Source: Owenia fusiformis | Lineage: Eukaryota | Length of the DNA: 64,000 nucleotides | Assembly (NCBI GenBank): GCA_903813345.2 | Contig: CAIIXF020000001.1 | Span: 10,788,001-10,852,000, forward strand | Direction: 5' to 3' | Notes under the pieces: generated by a model | What the model was told of the DNA's origin: nothing | The model's database searches: none | Seen by the model: the letters and a program-made list of their open reading frames with translations, nothing else | Position numbers and translations under genes: made by a program | Part shown: positions 37,701 through 52,644 of the stretch, piece by piece | Position numbering within the stretch: position 1 is the stretch's first letter | How the letters are laid out: each line of letters starts with the position of its first letter

Positions 37701-38284
37701 ATCCACAGGTTAGAGGATAATGGATAAATGGCTTATTTATGAATGGTGTACGCAAACATAGTTGGCTCGATTGAGTTGGTGGCATTTAGAATTGTGTAAA
37801 CCAATGACGTACATCCTTTATAATTTAGATTGTTCGTCTATTTTGATCTTATTGCTGTGTATATTTCCTTTATACCATAACAGAGCCACTATACAACCAA
37901 AGATGGGCTTATTATCCTGGAGTATTGATCTTAGACAGGAAATCTTCATTAACATGATTCCCCATAGTTCATATTTTTAGAATTATAGATCGTTTGAGAT
38001 AAAACTAGACAACTACAATGAAAGGGCTTAGAAAATACCATCCAACATCTAGTCATGGGACTATAAACACTAAAGTGACCACCATTTTGACACAAATGGC
38101 TTTCTAACAGAACAGCCAGACCTTAAGGGCAAATATGCCAATAAAATTTGGCTGAAACTGTAACAACAGTATTTGAGTCAAGTAAATGGATTATTGGCTT
38201 CTTGATAGTTCGATTTGACATTTCCAAGGGAACCTAAGAAGGATGTTCTTTTTGGAGCAAAGGAAGTGTTTCATGTTGATACCT

Positions 38285-39660
38285 AGGAAACAATGCCATT
38301 TGGGAACCATTGGAGACAATGGGATTTCGGGAATTTTGGAAACCATGGGATTTAGAAAACAATCAGAAACATTGGGATTTAACCTTTAGCGTGCTGCCGG
38401 CGGACTCGTCCGCCGAGACTAAAATGTCTCTCACAACTGCTGGCGGACCCGTACGCCCGATTTCAAACTTTTAAAAACTTTACTTTTTCGCGCCATTCGT
38501 ATTGTCCAATTAGATTGCCCGATTTATTCAGTGCCTAACATGACTTCCTGTTGACCTAGAAATGGCGATATTTCGAAAAATAATTCTCAATTCAACAATT
38601 TAAACAGTGTTTTAGTCGTTTTTAGTGAACGAATCGTACAAAATGGTGGACAAATACGATCACAACGAAAATGTGGAGGAAATGGATTACGATTTCGAGC
38701 TCTTTAGGCTCTTGGAAGCCGATAACGGTCATCGAAAATAGAAATTAGAATATTTTCTGAATTGAAAAATTGAACATTCGATCGCTGCAAATTCAGATTT
38801 GGATTCTGACCAGACGAAGAGGCGGAGCGGCGGATTCCGGAGGAGTATTCATGGTATATTTATGCCCAGTCGTGTTAATGTACGAAAAAATTCATGAGAA
38901 CATTTTTTTCATGAGCCAGGCCACTGTATCTTCCCTCTGTGAAAATTTTATCCAGATTCATTCAGTAGTTATTGAGATATTAATTATTTAGTCCAGGCAT
39001 ATCATTTTTGAAAAATAAGTCAGATGCGTGGGATATATTTGCTGAAATAAGGCAGCATGGTAAAGGTTAAGGAATCTTTAAAAGTATGACCTTTAGGGAA
39101 CAATTGGAAACAATGGGATTCATAGAATCTTGAAAACCATGAAACTAAAGAAGCCAATAGAGACAATAGCATCTAAATGATATTGGAGCCCATGACATTT
39201 AGGGAACCATTGGAAACAATGGAATTTGGGCAATCTTGAAAACCATTGTATTTAGGGAACTATTGGAAACAATGGGATTTGGGCATCCTTGAAAACCATA
39301 GCATTTAGGGATCCATTGGATCGGAAACAATGGAGTTTGATCAATCTTGGAAACCATTGTATTGAGGGAACCATTGGAAACAATGGGATTTGGTCAATCT
39401 TGGAAACCAATGCATTTAGGGAACTATTGGAAACAATGGGATTTGGTCAATCTTGGAAACCAATGCATTTAGGGAACTATTGGAAACAATGGGATTTGGT
39501 CAATCTTGGAAACCAATGCATTTAGGGAACCATTGGAACAATTTGGGCAACCTTGGAAACTATCACATTTTGGGAACCATTGGAGGGAGACAATGGGGTG
39601 GTGAATCTTGGAAACCATTGCATTTTAAAGAACCAATAGAGGAATGGGATTCAGGAACTC
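38285..39660. repeat. Minisatellite with a period of about 53 bp (dimer of ~26-bp subunits), split by the piggyBac-like insertion
   Basis: gggaactattggaaacaatgggatttggtcaatcttggaaaccaatgcatttag units on both sides of 38383-39066. Confidence 0.85.
38383..39066. mobile_element. piggyBac-like non-autonomous element, family B, inserted in a minisatellite
   Basis: TTAA at 38379-38382 and 39067-39070; TIR CCTTTAGCGTGCTGCC / GGCAGCATGGTAAAGG; CpG-rich compared with its flanks. Confidence 0.85.
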
Positions 39661-42600
39661 TTAGAACATATAGGGAAATTAACTGGTGATAATAGCATTC
39701 AGGAATCTTGAAATCGTGGCATTTGGGGCATTAAAATCCAACAGCATTTCGAGCATCCTGGACAGGACAACATTTAAGAATCTATTGGAGACAATGACAT
39801 CTGGGTAATCTTAGACCAATTGTATGCAATGGCACTTGAACCATCTTGGAAATGATAGCATAGGACAACTGGGATTAGGACGGAAGAATGGTAGAAAGGG
39901 AGCACTAAAATTTCTAATTTATTTAACCGTGGGGATAAGATGGTGGAGTTTTCGGATGGCATCTTTGAAGAATAGTACTTTGGGAACTTTAGAAGGATGA
40001 TATATTACTCAATTTGGATATATGGGTATGGTCATACTGACATTGGTCTCAATAAAAGACAAAAATAATAAAACTCTCCAATGAATCCTTACTTTACCAC
40101 AAAGTTCAATAAAATGACTTACAATCATAATTCTTTTCCTTCTGACTGATTCCACGAAGAACTTATCAATCAAATGTTAGGAATGATAGCTTTAATTGCA
40201 AGGCTGCGTGTACTAAGTTTTATGAGAATATCAATATCATTGTCAACCTTAAAATGGAGACTTGATTTCATTTTCTCAGCTAATTTTTCTTTTCAAATAG
40301 AGCTGCCTGTATTCTTCACAAAAAGCTCTTCACTCGAGTTATCCGTGTACAAGAGGTACTACAGATGTACGATAAAAGTACAGCATCTTCTGTGTATTTT
40401 AATATTTATTGGTGTCAGTATTTAATATTCTCTGCTTCTGCTATGTTAAAGTCGTGATCACCCTGACTTTTTTTAGAATGTTTGTGGTCTGGCTGCGAGT
40501 TTGCTTAATCCAGGTCTAAATTATTGATTCTTTCGAGAGTTGAACTTGTCTATAGATCAATGATGTAGAAAAATACTTAATGTCTACTGAGTTTGGCACA
40601 CGTTTATCAAATCCCGCTCCTAGTTAAGTTGAACGATAGTCTCAGAAGGCATCCAGTGTATTTACAAACAAAAATTTTGTGAACAGATCACAGACTAATG
40701 TAACAACCTCAATTTATTTGTTTTAAAAGTACATGGTTTGATTCATTTTGTCTTATTCATGGATTGATAAATGAAAGCATTATACTTTTTTTAAGTTTTT
40801 AAGTTTATGCTACTAATCCAGTCAAGAATGGTTCTTAGTAATCTCAATTTCGCGGCGTGTCATCTCAAATAGATAATTTTAGACCCAATAGACATGTTTC
40901 CAGTAGGATTTTTTAAATTCATCAGTATGTACAGAAAATATTTACAAAATTAAAAAAAATTAGAGAAAGGGATCTATTTTTTCCCTGAATTGTCCATACA
41001 GGACATGATTTCGCAGTAAAGGACACCTTATGAGACTATCACATGACTAAACAAGGCGATAACACGCAAAATGTCACCACCTACCATTTGTTTCAGATGT
41101 CCACTGCAGAAAGCCAAACACCAACCACCAAATGCAGAACACCATCCACAAGAGGTTTGAGACTATAACAATATGTCACCAATTGTGGTGATGACATATA
41201 ATGATAAAAGAAATAAAAAAAAAAAAAAATACTTTTTTCAATATAGAGGTGTCTTGACATCCTCTTTTCAGCCACTCAAGATTCACGAAAGAAAGCAGAG
41301 ATATGCAGTACAAAATATACAACTTACCTATTTCAATGGAGTTGTCAATCCAGAATCATCATGTCCTATATAAGTTGGTCCTATGTGTAGGGTCGTATAT
41401 GATGATCCATGGGGCAGTGATCTGATAATATCCCCTTTGGCAGTTGCCTGGTTAACTACGAGGCAGTCACCTATTCCAGTTAACCCACGGCACCAGGGTC
41501 TCCACCTATCTTTAATATATGGCAGCGACTATAAGCATCTACTTTAATCTGATCTGGAAATATATAAATCAAATGATTTAATTTTCAGTATGAGAGTAAA
41601 TGCACAATGACATGCCAGTTGCTAAAAGTACATGTGCTCAGAGTCTCTTACAATATATAATTAAAGCTTCTGACTCTTTTGAATCTTGAAGCTATTTGTT
41701 AGAATTTCTACTTTTCCCATATGTTCCTCAGGTTATCTATCCAACACTAAAGCCGGCTTCAAGCTTCTAAAATACTGAAAATATTTGATTATTACGAACA
41801 TTAGGTCTTTGCAGCCTCATAAACAAAACACCACATCCTGTGGTTACATGGAATGGCTCAAATGATAAGTGAAGTTGAAATGCAACCTTATGCATATTAA
41901 CTGATCATGTGAACGATATAATCCAAAGGCAGACGACAACCTCCTACATTATCCCACCTTCAATAGCAGGCATATTTTGGAAAACACTTTGCCTGTGGCC
42001 CCAATCTATCTAATTTGTAAAATCCAATGATCCCAGGCCATGTCTTTGATCTCTATTTGCCCAGATTTTCTCTAGAGTATTTATTTGTCACTTTGACACT
42101 AACCATCTATTATATTCCTAACAATTATTTTATAAACAGGAGTAATCTACACGCTTTTAAATACTGTATGTAAATTCACATGTAGTCAATCCGGTTTTTG
42201 TAGAATAGGTGATTGAATAAGTTTTCCTAGTAATAATACAAACCAGAAATTCAAATGACTCATCAATTTATAAATCTCCATAACAATTCTAATTTTGACA
42301 CTAGAAAGAAACTAAAGATACAATTCAATCCATCTGATTATGACAATTCAACGAGCAATCGATAAAACAAAAACAGAACAATCAATACAATAAAAGAGAA
42401 CAATCAGAAAAATCAGAACAATATGATATCATATCTGAAACATAACATTTACTTACGAAACCATCATGCTTGTTTATCATTGCAATGCTAGGTTTTATCT
42501 AGCACACAATCATAACATAAAATAATAAAAAAAACAATAACAATAAATATTACAATTCTAACATTTGCATGGATATAACTGCAATTTTGTTTACATACAG

Positions 42601-43390
42601 ATCAGCTGATCATCCACACATAAAATGTTATGGCGGTTATGTTTAATTGTAATAAAAACAAGACATACCATGATAAATATAAAAACATTTTATTGATAAA
42701 TTCAAAATGGCCACCATGTATTTACCCAGCATGCCCAAAACTGTATTAGAATTTGGTACCAGTTTACTCTTGCATCTGTAAAACTTTCAAATTAAGTGCA
42801 TTTTTTGGGGGGAATTTTGATGATAAGATTCACGAGGCACCCAAAGATGTATCCACGCCTATCAACAGTAAATCACTTTTTCAAAGAGTGATAGTATTGA
42901 GTAAAAAAATGAGCGAGATACAAACTTGAAATCAAGAAACATAGAACTGCTAGATAGAAGGTAGGACTAAAGCAGAATACAAAAATGGATTGATGTTTAA
43001 ACAGCTGTTTTGAGGTATATTCTGTTGTCTGTTATACATTACAAAATGATGACTCATTCACAAGCTTAAATAATAGGGGTTTTCGAATGATATATTGCAT
43101 ATTTAAACCACCTACAATAAAGACAACAATCATATCCTGATTTCTATTTACCTGCATTTTATAGGGCACATTTACACATTTAAGTATTACATGGAAACAT
43201 GTTTAATTTTATGAATATAAATCTATCAATCATGAAATGTTTACTTATGTCATGTATTTTAAACAGGTAGCTCACCTACCTTTTTAATCAATAAAAAGAA
43301 GAAATATTCCTATAGCAACAGTGTTATCCTGGGGTTATTTTCTTAAGTGGGTTCAATATTTTCCAACAATTTGCTTCAATGCTGAAGAGC

Positions 43391-43508
43391 CCATTGTAAA
43401 AGGTTGAAGACCATTGTAAAAGGTTGAAGACCATTGTAAAAGGTTGAAAACCATTGTAAAAGGTTGAAGACCATTGTAAAAGGTTGGAAACCATCGCAAA
43501 AGGTTGAC
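43391..43508. repeat. 20-bp minisatellite, 6 copies (ccattgtaaaaggttgaaga)
   Basis: Directly visible. Confidence 0.95.
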
Positions 43509-46500
43509 CTTGATATAAAAAGGTATGAGTATCAGAACCTAGACATTGAATAGGAAAAAATATACAGATAAGATTGAAATGACCCAAGAAGAAGCTGTCA
43601 TAGTCTTTGATGAGAGTTTCTTAATAATAAATAAATGCCAAGTTACTTATGGAAGTACAAAAAATCAGTAAATGCTATTTTGATTAGGTAGTTTTTTTTT
43701 ATAGGGTACCTTGATTTTAATAATTGAATTTTCAGTATTCCGACTGATTAAGGCCTGATCAAAGGCCTATCTTCAACTGTAAGAAATGGGTAATATGCAT
43801 TTAGAAATCACTAAATTCTTATCCTATCACATAATAACATAACAAAAAAATAAATTGCCCGAGAGCAACTGTTATCATTATTTAAATCTAACCTAAGTAT
43901 GTTAGCATATGTGTAATAATGACTCTCACTTAGAATATATGTCAACTAACACCTCTGTAAATCAATATTTCAGTGTAATCCTTTTTGACATATTCCTTTG
44001 TTTTTTAGCCTAAATGTATGTGGGTGTCACTGAAACTTGAGCACTCAATCCCACATTGCTATTGATGTTGATAATAATGAATTTCTCAATGGGGATATTA
44101 AATGTTATAAACCAATGCAATGCTGTTTAGGATTTATGAAAAACATATATGATATTCCTATCAGAAATCTACATCAAAAGCGTTATATAGTTATATCATT
44201 TAAAAGATTGTATTTGTCATTAGAATTTAGCAGAATAAGTAACATTGCACTTTTTTTTATCAAAAATACAAAATAGTCACCAAGTAATTTATCCATGTCC
44301 AAAACCTAATCATATCTTGGACCTAGTCTGCTCTTGTATCTGTTAAGTCTCACAGGTAGGTTTTTTTCTGGAGATTTGATGGCAAAATTATTATGGCACG
44401 AACAGGCCAAATCAGGATTACCAAAGATCACCATCAACAAACACCACTCAGCTTTGAATGCCAGTCACAAAAATGGTGGCTCTAAACACAGCCAAACAAA
44501 ACAAGGCATTAACATGCAAAATGTGCATCTACCATTTGTTACAAATACTGATGCCAAACATCAACCACCGAACATCATCTACAAGAAAGTTGGACACTAT
44601 AACAATATGTCACAACTTCTGTTGTAGACATAAAAACTGCAAGGGAAATACCATACATGTAAAATATTGGGCAAAATGTATAATATGATGATTTGATGTA
44701 AGACTTAATAAGGTAATGTGTAAAATACTGATGCAATACAGAATTTGGATATATGTACCACAGGGACTTCACATAAGACTACCTAGTATGAAAAATATTG
44801 CAGTATAGGTCATGGTATTTATGGTAATGATACCATATACCTGATGCAACATAAAAACGACATCAGGACATGACTCACTTAACAATAATTGATTTGATAA
44901 ATATGGTCTAATATTGCAATCAATGAGCAAAGTGGCAGCCAATGTATTCACAACAGTATGCAGTTAAGTCATCAACACTTGCTCGATTTGAAAAATCAAT
45001 GAGGCACTTCATTAATCAGCTGCTGAACATTGATTGAACAACTTTCAAGTTCATGACTAATTCGTTTAATAAAAATGATGCAGTTATAGCATTTGATAAC
45101 CGGTGTTTTTCCATTGTTTTTAACAGCTGTTTTTTGGCAACTGTGAAACGGACATATCATGGGAGAGTTGTGATCAAACATAGCCAATACAATAAACATA
45201 ATAATGATGTATCATGATCTTTGTTCTGTTATATGCACTTTTTTGTTCTGTTATATGCACATTTTCTATCCATACTTTTGTTAAAATGAGTGATTGTAGA
45301 TTATAAACCAATGAGTTAGTGAGTTACTATTCCTGTTTCCCCCTACTGATATTCAAAGACCAAATGCTATTAAAATGCCGTTTTCTGCATTAAAACCTCA
45401 TATGATCAATGATGTCATACTAAGCTATGATTTGGCTTCATTGATTTCTTAGAATCGATGATGTCACAGCAACCGCTCAAGTGTTGTTTTTAAAAACTAA
45501 TCCACAAAGGCGACACCAGATGTAACCTTATAATCCGATATAATAGATAGCATTATACTAAAAACACATTTGTCATCATATAGATCAATGTATGATATCA
45601 AAATTGATATGTTTTATTACTCAAGTCGATTGCATTTACAGTTTATTTCATGTGTTTCAAACCAAACAATAGGCGATTGTAAAACCTCTATGTCAAAATA
45701 ACTTGCAAAATGATATTGTACAAAATGATCTGTACCATTTTGCTGAGATTTGTTTTTTCATAACATATATTTTATCAGATAAGTTCTACCTATAATAATT
45801 TTGGGATAATCTGATCCCTTGAAAATGAGGATGAATCCGTGTCAGCACAATTCATTTAACATAAAGTACTCTAATGTTTCCCTAACACTGTAAGTAAACA
45901 ATGTCAGGCCTTATCGATGGAAATGAATGGGCTATTGTTTTCATCATTAATTTTCATGTTAGAAGAATCCAAATAAAGAATTGCATATAATTATTGACAT
46001 TATAAGATCAATGAATAGTTATGAAATGAACTATTGCTGAATACCTCTGTGTCAAAAGACGAGGCATGCAAAATGTCACAACCTGTCATTTGTTACAGAT
46101 GCTGGACATCGGCTGCCAAAAACTAACTGCAGAACACCCAACTGCCGAACATCATCAACATAAAAGCTGGAGACTACAACAAAATGTCACCACTTGTGGT
46201 GGTAACATGGTATCTCATAATGCATGGACATTATAAACATTCAGATTTCACATAACAATTTAATTTGATTTTCAGGAGTTTATAAATATATCCTTGAAAT
46301 ATGAATAAAATGCAAAATAAAACTCGGAAAGATAACATCTCACAAATATTATCAAGATTCTTCACTTTTAAGCAGGTAAAATTAACCGTAGCAAGGTGAA
46401 ATTAAAACATGGTAGTTTCCTCTCACATTGCTCCAGAGCCTCTGAATTATTGCAACAGTTATTCTTCATGAAATAGGACCTGAAAATCAATACTCGGTCA

Positions 46501-46988
46501 AGGCAAACATTTTTATCTCAGCGGCTCATTTTTATTGGTAAAGCAATTGACAATGCTTTATTGCTCCAAGTATTTAAGATGTAAATGGTGAATTACTGTA
46601 TCTCATATAAAATATATGCTTTATGATGCTTGCCATCTCTTTGTATAATATTAAACCAAAAAGTCAATATAACTAAATCAAATAATTTGTAAAATTTTGT
46701 TAATTTCGAAGAATTATTTCAAAGAAATACTTACAAGGTAATAACACAAGAAAATGTCACCACCTCGTTACAATGACTAAAGTGTAACAACTCGTTAGAA
46801 AAGCCATGAACACTAAATGCCACCAATCTACCTGAAATGAAGCATTTTTTGTTAGAAAAATTCAACTCCTTTAAACAACCTCAAATATTAAGAGATGCCA
46901 TTATCAATCAATCAAACATGTAATTATTTACTAAAACTTGTCTATTTTATTTGACAAGCCAAATTTCACATTCATTCAATACTTAGAG

Positions 46989-47100
46989 GTTATGTCACTA
47001 TGACGTGAAATATGCCTGAGTTCTCCCAATATAGGCCGACCTTGGGAGGCTCTATATTTGGGCAAGAACGAAGGCATATTTCACGTCATAGTGACATAAC
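46989..47100. repeat. Palindrome with perfect 28-bp arms
   Basis: gttatgtcactatgacgtgaaatatgcc (46989-47016) / ggcatatttcacgtcatagtgacataac (47073-47100). Confidence 0.92.
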
Positions 47101-48966
47101 TGATGTATTACATGCCTTTGTTCCCATGGTTACTTTGTATCAATGACGTGACGTCATGATATTATCATGGTTTTTAAAGAAATCTAATATCAAAACGAGG
47201 TAAGCGGGCTATATCGGGGTAATCGGGCAATATCGGTGGATATAGCTCGCTAACTTTCCCATTGACTTCCATACAAATGCTTCGCTAGGTATGTAATACA
47301 AGAAAATATACTTCACTTCCAAAAATGTGCAATTAATGTAGATTTGTCATAGATTCATTACTTAGATGATAATGCTGAGTTATTGGTACATTGTACTAAT
47401 GTTTACATAATGGCGCTTAATAATTTATTATGGAATACTTATCATTATCTACTTCAATTAATTATACCATAAATAACAGACCTTCAAGTTACCATGAACT
47501 TTTGCTTGCTGATTTCCTAGTCTCATTTGAACGAATATAAAATTAAAATGTCACATAGCAAGTAAATACATAAACCTGAAATATATTGAAGCAAGTTAAC
47601 CTGAAGTAATTTATGATGGGTATTTTCAATTTTATAACAAGTATTTTCAAAGCAAAAAATCTCAGAACAAAGAAATACAAAAGTTAAACAATAGCTCACC
47701 ATGTGAGTGAGCTAAAAAATATCATGGAAAGTATATATAAAGTTGAAATGTGTCTTGTGTCATGGTAATACAAAGCTGACATATAAATCTAAATGCAATT
47801 GAATCGCCTGATCTGGACCAATTCTTTCCACAAATTGGATAACAAAATTCTAACACAATCCAGAATGACTATAGGTAATAACAAAGGACAGAGAACACCA
47901 ATACAGTGAATATTGACATATTTTCTACGACATTGTCATGCAATCATAAAAATATTAGTTGTTCTTTATTCAATAACTTCTCGAAGTGAAAGACATTCTT
48001 AGAAGTTAAAATGAGCTGAGAAATTACGATATATCAGTATTTCTTCTCATAGATTTTTATATTTAAAAAGTACTCAAGGATCCGTGATGAAATCATTACA
48101 CTCAACCATGAACTGATTATTAAAATCAAATTACAGAACATGAAACAATCCAACAAAACCATTGAAAGGTGAGATAAAACAAAATGATTGATGGTTCAAT
48201 CAAACATCAATCTGTTAATCCCTCATTACAATTGGTCTCGTAATCTGTAAAGTACCAGATTTTTCTCGTCGATCATCTATCCAACTAACTATCTCAAAGT
48301 TTTTCATATAAAACAGTTTAACAATCAAAAATATAAAAATATAAAGGCACCTACATCTTTGATTTTTGTATCCGGTATCCTATTCTATGAAACAATCAAG
48401 TGGAATTAATCCGATTCGAGTCAATTGTACATACAGCAGGCCGTCTTACGATGTTCATTCATGATTCTCCTTCTTCTGTCTGAGAGATTTAATCAATGAA
48501 CAAGGCATACCAATACTCTCCAGCACATCGTCACAGTGACAACCAACCCCCCATAAAGGTATTGATTTCTCCTAAGAACTCTGTTAGGAGAATTGGTATT
48601 ATTCACTGTGAAACTGTTACGTCAATTGAGAATCGTTTCAAACGGTTTCCATCTTCAGGACAAATCATGCACTATAATATTGGCAGTCGGAATCATTAAT
48701 AGTAAGACAACTGTATAGAAGATGCCTCCAGAATAACCGCAATCTTTTTATTCCTTTACATAATTGAGGTTTTCCCTCTAAGTCTAATGTACCAACTGAA
48801 TATATAAACAAGAACAAAAAGTATGAGTATGTCCGCATCTTTGGGGAATAATTTAATCCAAATCTTTATGCACTGAAATATCTTGAACTTGGAGTGAATC
48901 GTAATATTGGTTTCTATGGATAGACTGCGGACTATTCTGTAGAAGTGCTCTAGAAATGGATCTCGC

Positions 48967-49652
48967 TTTTCATGGAAGGTCACACATTCCAACATATTTC
49001 AAACAATTTGTATGATTATAATAGACACTTTCTGGGTAGTTGGACTTTATGTAGGGGTGGCAGAAGGCCCTCAGGCCAATTTATACCCCTACCCCAAGAA
49101 AACCTTGGGGGTACTTTAATACCACCCAATAAAAATAATACTAATGCATATCAGATATTCATCGTTTTATAGTGGGTAGTGCATGCCATGGTTAGTCAGT
49201 GCCAGAAATTTCCAATCTCTGACTTATATGGTTACCATGGAAACAGTATTTATATCTCACAATCTTCTCAATTTGACCCCGTCCCAAATGTGTCCTTAAG
49301 TTCTCAAAGTGAAATATTTGCAAATCTGTTTGGATTTTGTGGCTGCAACTTTGTCAAAAGTTGAATTAATACGTATGTATTCACACTAAAGCACTAAAAA
49401 CTTGATATAATGATCTCATAAATTAATAATATTTATCAAATGTAGTCACACACAACTGCTTTTAGGGAAAAGTGGGCGTGGCACTTTTTGGTACTTGTGT
49501 AATTGTTGCAGCATTAAATGAAAAATACTTATTACACTAACAACAATTGACATTTAATTAGCATCTACTAACATTGTGTAACATTGTAGTATGTTCATTA
49601 TCATTATTAGATACTTTAAATATTTTATATAAGTGTTATCATGACCCTTCCC
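48967..49652 (+). repeat. Left arm of a ~690-bp inverted repeat pair
   Basis: Reverse complement of about 52645-53330; the ORF track shows mirrored peptides (MVSQCQK.PIS.LYGYHGNSIYIS). Confidence 0.92.
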
Positions 49653-51499
49653 TATCATAGGTCATTAATGGTCAAATTAACTTTTAAGTCCTAGAGGTCC
49701 ATAGTCTTTTTAGCTTGTCAAAGTCGTATTCATTGACTTGAAGCTAGAATATAAATAGTTTCATTGATCAAGAGCTATGAGTTAAAATTGATTAATACAT
49801 TTGTCAGGGTTAGAGCCATTTTATGCAATTGAAAAGTAATGGACCGACACTGATTAGTACCAAGTGAAGGTAACGGCCGTAACCTTCGCATCTAAGATGG
49901 TGGACAGTAATTGTCGATTTTGATATTTTTAATTTTCAATGAATTAAACTACTTTAGAGTTGATGTTATGCTTTGACATTTGCACCAAATCAGGCTTAAA
50001 TGACATTGGAACCATAGATGTAGTAAACATGAATAAACGATATGTGAAATGTTATGCCCTGCCTTAATACATAACTAAGATTTTCTCGGATAAATGGTGT
50101 CTTACAATTGACTAACTGATTCTATTATCAACATCAGGTAATGCATGATCTATCCAATGGATTAACGAAAATACTTGATTCCAATATGGCAAAATAAATT
50201 ATTCCATGTATGAATTGCATAGTGCATCATTTTGCAGATATTACATAATGCATTCATTGACTCATGGTCAACAAGGTACGGGTAAAACTCCTTTTAGTAT
50301 TTCACAAAATAAAGAAATATAAACAATTTACACATTTCTGAAATGCTGTACCATTAGTGATTCCTTCGACCTAGAAAGTGGTTTGTTATGTTAAAACCTA
50401 AAATAATATCTAAACAAATCTGTTTAGTGTATAACAAACAATAAAAGTTAATATGTTTAATATCAAATACTATTAGACATATGAATATAACCTAAAATAA
50501 GAAATCTTGTTCTCGTATTCCATTTTAAAATTGGTTGAATGATTTTGGCACAGTAGAAATGATGGTCATGATTAAATGTTATATGTAATATGCCCTGATG
50601 CTGTAACATCAATGGTCCTTTATAATCAGGTATGACTGAAATACTGGACAAGATCTTATAAGGTTACAGTTTCCATATAACGTATGTTCCATATTACTAC
50701 CCCAAATCTCCATTGTGTAAGTTTATGAGTCATTATCCCTCATAGTTTATTATGGCAAATGCCTATCCTTGTCTAGAATATGTCATTTTATCAATTTTAT
50801 AAACAAGTATACAATTACACGCCCCCCCCCCCTCCTCCCACACCAAAACTCCATTTTCTTTATCAAATCTTTCTACCTCTATCTGTTATGATTCTCTGTC
50901 AGGCTTCCCCAATTTTCCATACTGTCAAGTAAACATCTAAATAGGATAGTTCTAGCTATTGCTGTTGTTTTGAAATGTTGACTTTTCTTGGGGAAATATT
51001 GTTTCAATTCTGACAGAAGTTTTTAGCCAATATCATTCAATTTATCAATATCCAAACGCAGGGTTTCAGAAAGTATGCATTTTGTTTGTGCCTGTATTTT
51101 CATCATGTGTACTTATTAAGACAGCTATATTTAAACGTAAATACATTAAAACATGATACATATAATCTTTTGACAATTTCTTCAGTAAAGTGGCCATTTT
51201 GAGAAATGATATATAGCTTGTACCTTTGTTTGATGCTCAACAAGATGTTCGACTGGATTTGCCTTTGTCTAATTCATATATATACCAAATACGAGAATCA
51301 GAATCTTATTCTACAAAACGGGTGTTCATGGAAGTAGCACTAATTATTGCATCATTGCTATAAATCGTGTGATTTGATTGGCTAATTCAGAACCATGTGA
51401 CTAAAAATACCAGCGTATTTCACAGCTCACTGAATTATTTCCATATTTAAAAGACGTATTGTCCAGCGTATTGCCCGCCTGGGGATTCTGACAACTGCA

Positions 51500-51577
51500 C
51501 TTTCAATGATTTTTGCAACATGTATTACCATTGCCGTACGGGCTGCGGGCAATACATATTGCAAAAATCATTGAAAG
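51500..51577. repeat. 78-nt hairpin (27-bp arms, one mismatch)
   Basis: ctttcaatgatttttgcaacatgtatt / aatacatattgcaaaaatcattgaaag. Confidence 0.88.
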
Positions 51578-52644
51578 ATGAACAGGTATTGCCCTCCATA
51601 GAATGAAATATTTGCTTAAGCAGTAAAAACATTTCTTACTGTTTCGGGCTTAATATCAATTTTGTTATAAACTGAACAAAGCGGCACCTTTAACATGCAG
51701 CTAATTCTCCCATCTAACCAAGAGAGCCACTTTTAATATATCGAAATTTAAAAATTGCCTCTGATTCAATTTGTTCAATCAAATCTAAAATGGTAATACC
51801 TTTTTACTGCTTCGAACTTCCTTATATTTTATACCATTGGGGTAGGATGTTTGTCTCTTTCAATTAATGCTTTCACCAGAAACATGGATATCACTAATTT
51901 TGATTCATATTTAAAATGGTGTGCATGAATAGACCTGTGTATTTTATACCAAATAGAGACACTTCCCTGGAGAGTTCTAAATCTCTATATGTTAACAGCC
52001 TAGTTCCCACATCCCTTGTTGACTTTGCTTCCATATTTCCTGTGAAGCCGTGGAACAGTTCTCTTGTTCTTCACAATTTTCCATTTTTAAATCAGCAATA
52101 AAGAATAATGGGTTAAATTATCAAATAATGAAAAAGTTGCAAATTATGAGATTTGTTATAGCTTCGAAATCTTGCTGAAGTGTAGTTTAACTATAGGTTA
52201 ACAGGCTAAATTCTCATTGAGATAATTTTAAAGAATCTTAAACATTGACTTATTGTTTCAGTGGTCCTATTAAAGTTCATGTGTACACAATCTGAACAAC
52301 ATCCAGTTTCAAACACTTCTGATTATCATCAAGTTTCAAACACAATCTGAACATCATCAAATTCAATGCAAATGCAGTTTTACTTTAATCCAACAGAACG
52401 AATATGGTAAATCAATAGACTAAGTGACACATGTCAAGTCAATGGTAAATACTTGTATCTAGCCCAACTAGCACAAGTGCTGCCATCTACCGACTAGTAT
52501 CAATCCATCTATCCATATACATAGCACCTAATGAGGTCACGACTTCAGGTAAAGCTTTTTCCCTTGTCTATGGTAAAAAATAAGTTAAACAGAAAAGTTA
52601 GTTTGACACCATTTGTGATGCCCACCTTGTATGGTATAGGGATA

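Noticed and set aside
39289-39689. Repetitive ORFs (METNAFRELLETMGFGQSWKP...)
   Set aside because: Translation of a ~53-bp minisatellite that drifts between frames.
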